Source: Amoebophrya sp. A120 (Eukaryota > Protista > Dinoflagellata). From it: a DNA stretch of 64,000 nucleotides. The notes under the pieces are model-generated. The model had not been told where the DNA came from. It worked only from the letters and a program-made list of their open reading frames with translations, and did no database searches. A program made the translations under genes and the position numbers. The stretch spans positions 10,596,311-10,660,310 of the forward strand of contig CAJINV010000001.1 of NCBI GenBank assembly GCA_905178155.1. The letters are read 5' to 3'. Below are positions 60,201 to 64,000 of this stretch, in pieces; the first letter of the stretch is position 1, and every line of letters begins with the position of its first letter.

Positions 60201-61737
60201 GAAGCGCGGCCACTCTGCTCGGGGACCTCGGCGTCCCCACGCCATCCCCCCCTAGCACACGCGGGGCCGAGCTCTCGGGGTAGAAGCCGCCTTCCAGGAA
60301 ACTGGCTGCGCCCGCCTGGAATTGTCTCTGGTCGGCTTCCATAGCGTCTTCTCGTCCTCTGAGAAAGTTCAAATGTGGGGGCATATGATACATGTCCTGT
60401 GCGACTAGACGCGCAGCCAACTCCACCTTCCCCTCTACTGTTGTTCCGCCACCTTTCTTGAAAATGCCGCGTTGTCTTGTGTCTTTCTCCTGGAGGTGCC
60501 ACTCCATGCGCCCGAACGCGTCCACGTGTGCAATCAGGAACATTTCCGCCTGAGTAACTGTGTCGCGGAACGTAAGCACCGTCCCCCCGTGCTCTTCCCC
60601 CTCTTGTCGACTCTCCATCGCTTGCATTTGCATGGCTCCCTGGTGAGAGAACTCGATGAGCTTCTGCGCGTGCGTTTGGAGCCCCCTCTCCACCTCCGCG
60701 CGCTTGGCCGCCAGAACGTCGAGCGAAGGCTGGGGGCCGATGCACCCCTCGTTCCTCTGCGTGGGGACGTGCTGCACCAGGTACCGCGGGGGCATAATGT
60801 CTGGGTTCAGGTACTCCCATCCCGGCAGCAGGTGCGGCGCCTGCAGCCGCATACCGTCCTGAATCTTCATTTTCCACATCCCGTGGAGCATTCGCGGTTG
60901 GCGCGTGACGTGGAGCACTCCGTTCGCGTCCTGTACCCAGGCGACGGGCTCCAAAAACTCAGACTCCTGTCCGGCCAACTGCGCCGCGCTGCGGTAGTTG
61001 TACTCCGCTTGCGGCACGCTTATCGCCGGGCTTTGCTTGATCGTCAGCGCCTTATCATTTTCGGGAAAATTGGGCGCAGGGATGAGCGGTTGCGCCCGGT
61101 CACCAGGCCCCATCCTGTCGTCCCCGCCGAATAACGTGCTTCCTTGTTGTAACTGCTGGCCGGACGGCTCGGGCTCTTCGTTGGGCTGGATTGCTTCCAA
61201 AAAAGAAGAGTCCGCGGCCTCCACGCGCCCCATCGTCGTGACGTCGCTCTCCGCCAGGCCGAGTTGGTGCGCCTCACCTTCGCAGCCGCTCGCGTGATCT
61301 GCTTCGGGTTCGTTTTCGTCGGAATCCTCGGCACGCTTTGGTGGAAGAGATTTTTGCACTACTGCATCGCCTTCGAGCGGCGCCGGATCCCCGCCACCAG
61401 CGGCGGTAGCCGTGGTTTTTGCCGCCTCCTGTAGGCGAGGTTTGTTGACTTCTTCCCCCCACTTCTTGGTGCGAGCAAGGAAGCCGTCGCTGCCGTGGCC
61501 CATCAAAGTGGCGTAGCTGATGCCTCGCTTCGACAACCACGACGAGAACGATCCCGGTGTCGGCGACGGACCCGAGTCCTCATCTGGCGAAACGTGCTGC
61601 TTCTGAGGCTTTCGTTTCTCCAGAAAGTCGCGCGCTGCGCCCGTCCGCGCCTCGTGCAGAAGAACGATACCAGCCACGAGCGTGCGCATGCGCAGCCGGA
61701 AAGACTTTGATGTCTGTTTCATGGTGTAACTTGACAC
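51210..61737 (-). CDS. Giant (~3,250 aa) type I membrane protein: signal peptide, ~1,700-aa ectodomain, single TM, ~1,500-aa repetitive tail
   Basis: Four ORFs join in phase: 61737-59253, 58995-about 56765, about 56450-56001 and 55787-51210, through two TIR introns and one GT-AG intron (56000-55788). N-terminus RMRTLVAGIVLLHEARTGAA; TM WCIILLVALVILVMCCISVLACAV. Confidence 0.75.
51380..54950 (-). repeat. Coding repeats: ST(Y/F)LGRG..VDMRxGxDPRALTSGxxEHA and Gly/Ala/Pro-rich GRSGGAPGTGPGAAS(N/T)YLGG units
   Basis: Multiple dispersed and tandem copies are visible in the 1521-aa ORF translation. Confidence 0.9.
56453..56764. mobile_element. Introner-like TIR element, same TIR subfamily as 1925-2133
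   Basis: TATCCAAGAAAAAAC / GTTTTTTCTTGGGTA (14/15); degenerate direct repeat TTTTC/GTCTC. Removing 317 (or 314) nt fuses ORFs 56741-59050 and 55839-56666 in frame. Confidence 0.82.
59001..59252. mobile_element. Introner-like TIR element (~54-bp imperfect TIR, 5-bp direct repeat ACCAG)
   Basis: TATGGCGTT...AACTGGTACATGAATTTCTCATGCAA pairs with 59200-59252. ACCAG at 58996-59000 and 59253-59257. Removing 257 nt gives RTVIVW-SGLGELM in frame. Confidence 0.92.
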
Positions 61738-62781
61738 AAGGGAAAAATAATCAGAAACAGTTGGCGAGGAAAAGAGTCTTATTGAAATAAGAAAAAGGTT
61801 GGAGAAAATGATTGAAAATAGGCTTGGAAAAATCGATAGTGGTGTTGTTGCAAATGTTGTAAAATTACAATTTTCAAAGCGGTAGGCGTAAAAAAAATAG
61901 TGTAAAACAGTATGTTTATGCGAGTACTTGCATCCCGAATTCGTCGTGTTAAAAAGCGACCTTTTGATGTGTTCTCGAGAAAAGTGCGTGAGTCGTTGAT
62001 GTGGCCGAAAATTCTTTGTATTTTAGTGTGCTACAACGTGTGTAAGTACAAGTAGAAGGATTAGTTATTGTCAGAATGCAGTAAAATCAAGGATTCGCAC
62101 AAGGGCAAGTCCTGGTGGTGGGTTTTTGATTGGTTAGCGTGTTAACAAATTCGTCAGTGACATGGATAAGATGACAGACCTTGAACGATTCCAGACAACG
62201 ACAGCCAGGTTGTTCAGTTGTACGAAAGTGAAGGAAAGTGTCCTGTAGTACGAGTAACAGGGCGGTTTTTCACGCTCAAGACAGCCTCGACCGAACTGAA
62301 CTAGTTTCGAGGCTCAACCGAAGGCACTGGTACGACGTAGGAGGATTGTTTGAACGATAGAAGTAGAGCACTGGCAGCCTGAAAACCGAGTTACGAGAAG
62401 TGTCACTTCGTAGTCAGCACGGGAGACGAGGGCTCGGCAGCCAAACCGAAAAAAATCCTTGCCTTATTTGCACCGACGGGAATTCAGTACTTTGGGGTTG
62501 GTTCTGCACGAGAGAAAAAGAAAAACATGGAACAGCCATGCCGGAAAATTGAAAATTTTTCTGGGTTTTGAATCAGACGATCTTTTCTCACGTCCGCTGC
62601 GACAGCAACCGTGAGACGTGGCTAGATTTGACGTTGCTTATCTCGTGTTCGAAGAACACGCACACACACAATGCATACTTTTCAAATAAAAAAGCAACAC
62701 CGCACTTTTGCCTCCCCTCTTGCGCCGTTCCCGGTCAAGCAACTCGTGTGATTCGATTGCTCTCTATCGAGTTCTAGGTAC

Positions 62782-64000
62782 TCACGTCTGCGCCCCCGCT
62801 CCCGCCCTCTCCCGTGCAGCATCTGCCGCCGCCTTTTGCCGCAGCGCGATGAGCAACTGCGTGCGGATGCGCTTCATCCGTTTTTGCCGGGACATCTGCA
62901 TGTGGTGGTGTACCATCGACGCCACCTCGTCCCCTTGCCGGTCCTCGTCTCGGGCTGTCTGGGACGGTCGTGCCCCCGCGGAGGCGTCTTGCACCCCCGC
63001 TGGGGCCGCCGAACCGGTTGCTTTCTCCGCGTTGGCCGCAGACGTGGCGGAGCGAAACCCCTCGGGATACGTTTTCATCAGCTCCTCAACAATGTCGACG
63101 ATCTCCTGCCTGTACCAAGACTGGTTCGCCTGTTGCGCGGCCTCGCTCCCCTGCAGCGCCCGCCAGATTGGGCCCCAGGCCACCGGGTCCCGCGCGGGCC
63201 AAGCGGGATTCAAAGGGAACACAAACCCGTCCGCGACGCGGTCGGCCAAAAAGGCCCGCAACTCCGGCTCGGTGACCGAAAACCAGGACTTGCTTTTCGT
63301 CGGCTTGTATGCTCTGCAAAAATATCGCACTCGTATTAATTGCAATGATGCATGACAAATCTTGTTTGTTAGCCAAATCAGCATTACAAACTTCATTTTT
63401 CCTTCTGAGAAGATTTGTATTGCGATTTATACTAGTGCGATGCTTTTGCAATGCATAGCTTGGTCCTGCTCGGTGGGCCGCCTTGATGTGACGTTGGTAT
63501 CCCCGATGCGGGAGCTGTAGTCCCAGCGGCAGAAGTCTTCGCGCCGTCCGTGATGTTGTCTCCTCCATCTTTGTCCCAGATCACGAGATACTGGTCGTCT
63601 TGCTCCTGCGGAAACAGAAAGTTAAAGCACTCGGCGCCGTGCCGTACGGCGCCGCACTCCGCCATTGCGGCCACCGTCTTCGCGATGATGTCGATGGATG
63701 TCGGGTCCCCGAAGCCGTAGGTGGGCAGCCCCGGATTGAAGTTCCCCTGTTCGCAAGCGGCGGTCAAAACCTGCAGCCAGTTGGAGGTCCAGCTCTTGCA
63801 CGTGCGCCCGGCCGCGTCGTCCGCCGCCTGCGTTTCGAGTAGCTGCCGCGTTTGCTGCAGACACCACTTCTGCAGCTCCACCTGCTTGGCAGGCAAAGCG
63901 TCGTAGCTGATGGGACCCCGAGAAGCGATCAAGAGAGTGTCAAAGTCGCTCACCACCGGGTGGACACACGCTTCTTCATAGGCGACGAGCAATCCCAAGG
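62782..64000 (-). CDS. Class II (anthrax EF / CyaA / ExoY-type) nucleotidyl cyclase-like protein (5'-partial)
   Basis: HPVVSDFDTLLIA, GAVRHGAECFNFLFPQEQDDQYLVIWD and GFVFPLNPAW occur in the order of the EF/ExoY motifs. The two ORFs join in frame after removal of the TIR element. The 3' end is uncertain. Confidence 0.62.
63308..63457. mobile_element. Introner-like TIR element (150 bp, 5-bp direct repeat GCTTG)
   Basis: TATGCTCTGCAAAAATATCGCACTCGTATTAATTGCAAT vs reverse complement TATGCATTGCAAAAGCATCGCACTAGTATAAATCGCAAT matches 32/39. GCTTG at 63303-63307 and 63458-63462. Removing 155 nt gives SRTK-PTKSKSWF in frame. Confidence 0.93.

Noticed and set aside
1011-61134. Long antisense ORFs such as 1011-1991, 2806-3711, 54501-55811 and 59353-60255
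   Set aside because: Shadows of GC3-rich genes on the opposite strand with no independent protein features.
61840-62560. Solo LTR
   Set aside because: No convincing TG...CA ends with a target-site duplication.
1-64000. Prokaryotic or phage origin, as implied by alternative-start ORF calls
   Set aside because: Phase-consistent GT-AG introns and flagellar or ubiquitin-system proteins show this is a eukaryote; the GTG/TTG starts in the ORF track are mostly not real starts.

Overview
Eukaryotic, gene-dense, intron-containing DNA. The short GT-AG introns, the strictly co-oriented gene blocks (+ strand from 1 to about 47.6 kb, - strand from about 51.2 to 64 kb) and the many non-canonical introns with terminal inverted repeats point to a parasitic dinoflagellate of the Amoebophrya/Syndiniales type; this assignment is inference. 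About 18 genes can be modelled: methyltransferase-like, DUF1275, ODA docking complex subunit, zf-UBP, ankyrin, GT32, Sfi1-like, GH3, patatin, an Ig-TM-J-domain protein, several secreted orphans, a ~3,250-aa membrane protein and a toxin-type adenylate cyclase homologue. Main observations: (1) seven exon-splitting elements share the pattern [5-bp direct repeat]-TAT...ATA-[5-bp direct repeat] (two degenerate), and their removal restores reading frames without GT-AG; (2) two ~1.23-kb hAT-like elements have conserved ends and a central convergent 12-bp array but no visible similarity in the arms; (3) composition shifts flank these elements and a palindrome cluster; (4) an anthrax EF/ExoY-like cyclase domain occurs in a eukaryotic gene. 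All alignments, gene models and family calls were made by eye; no database search was run.
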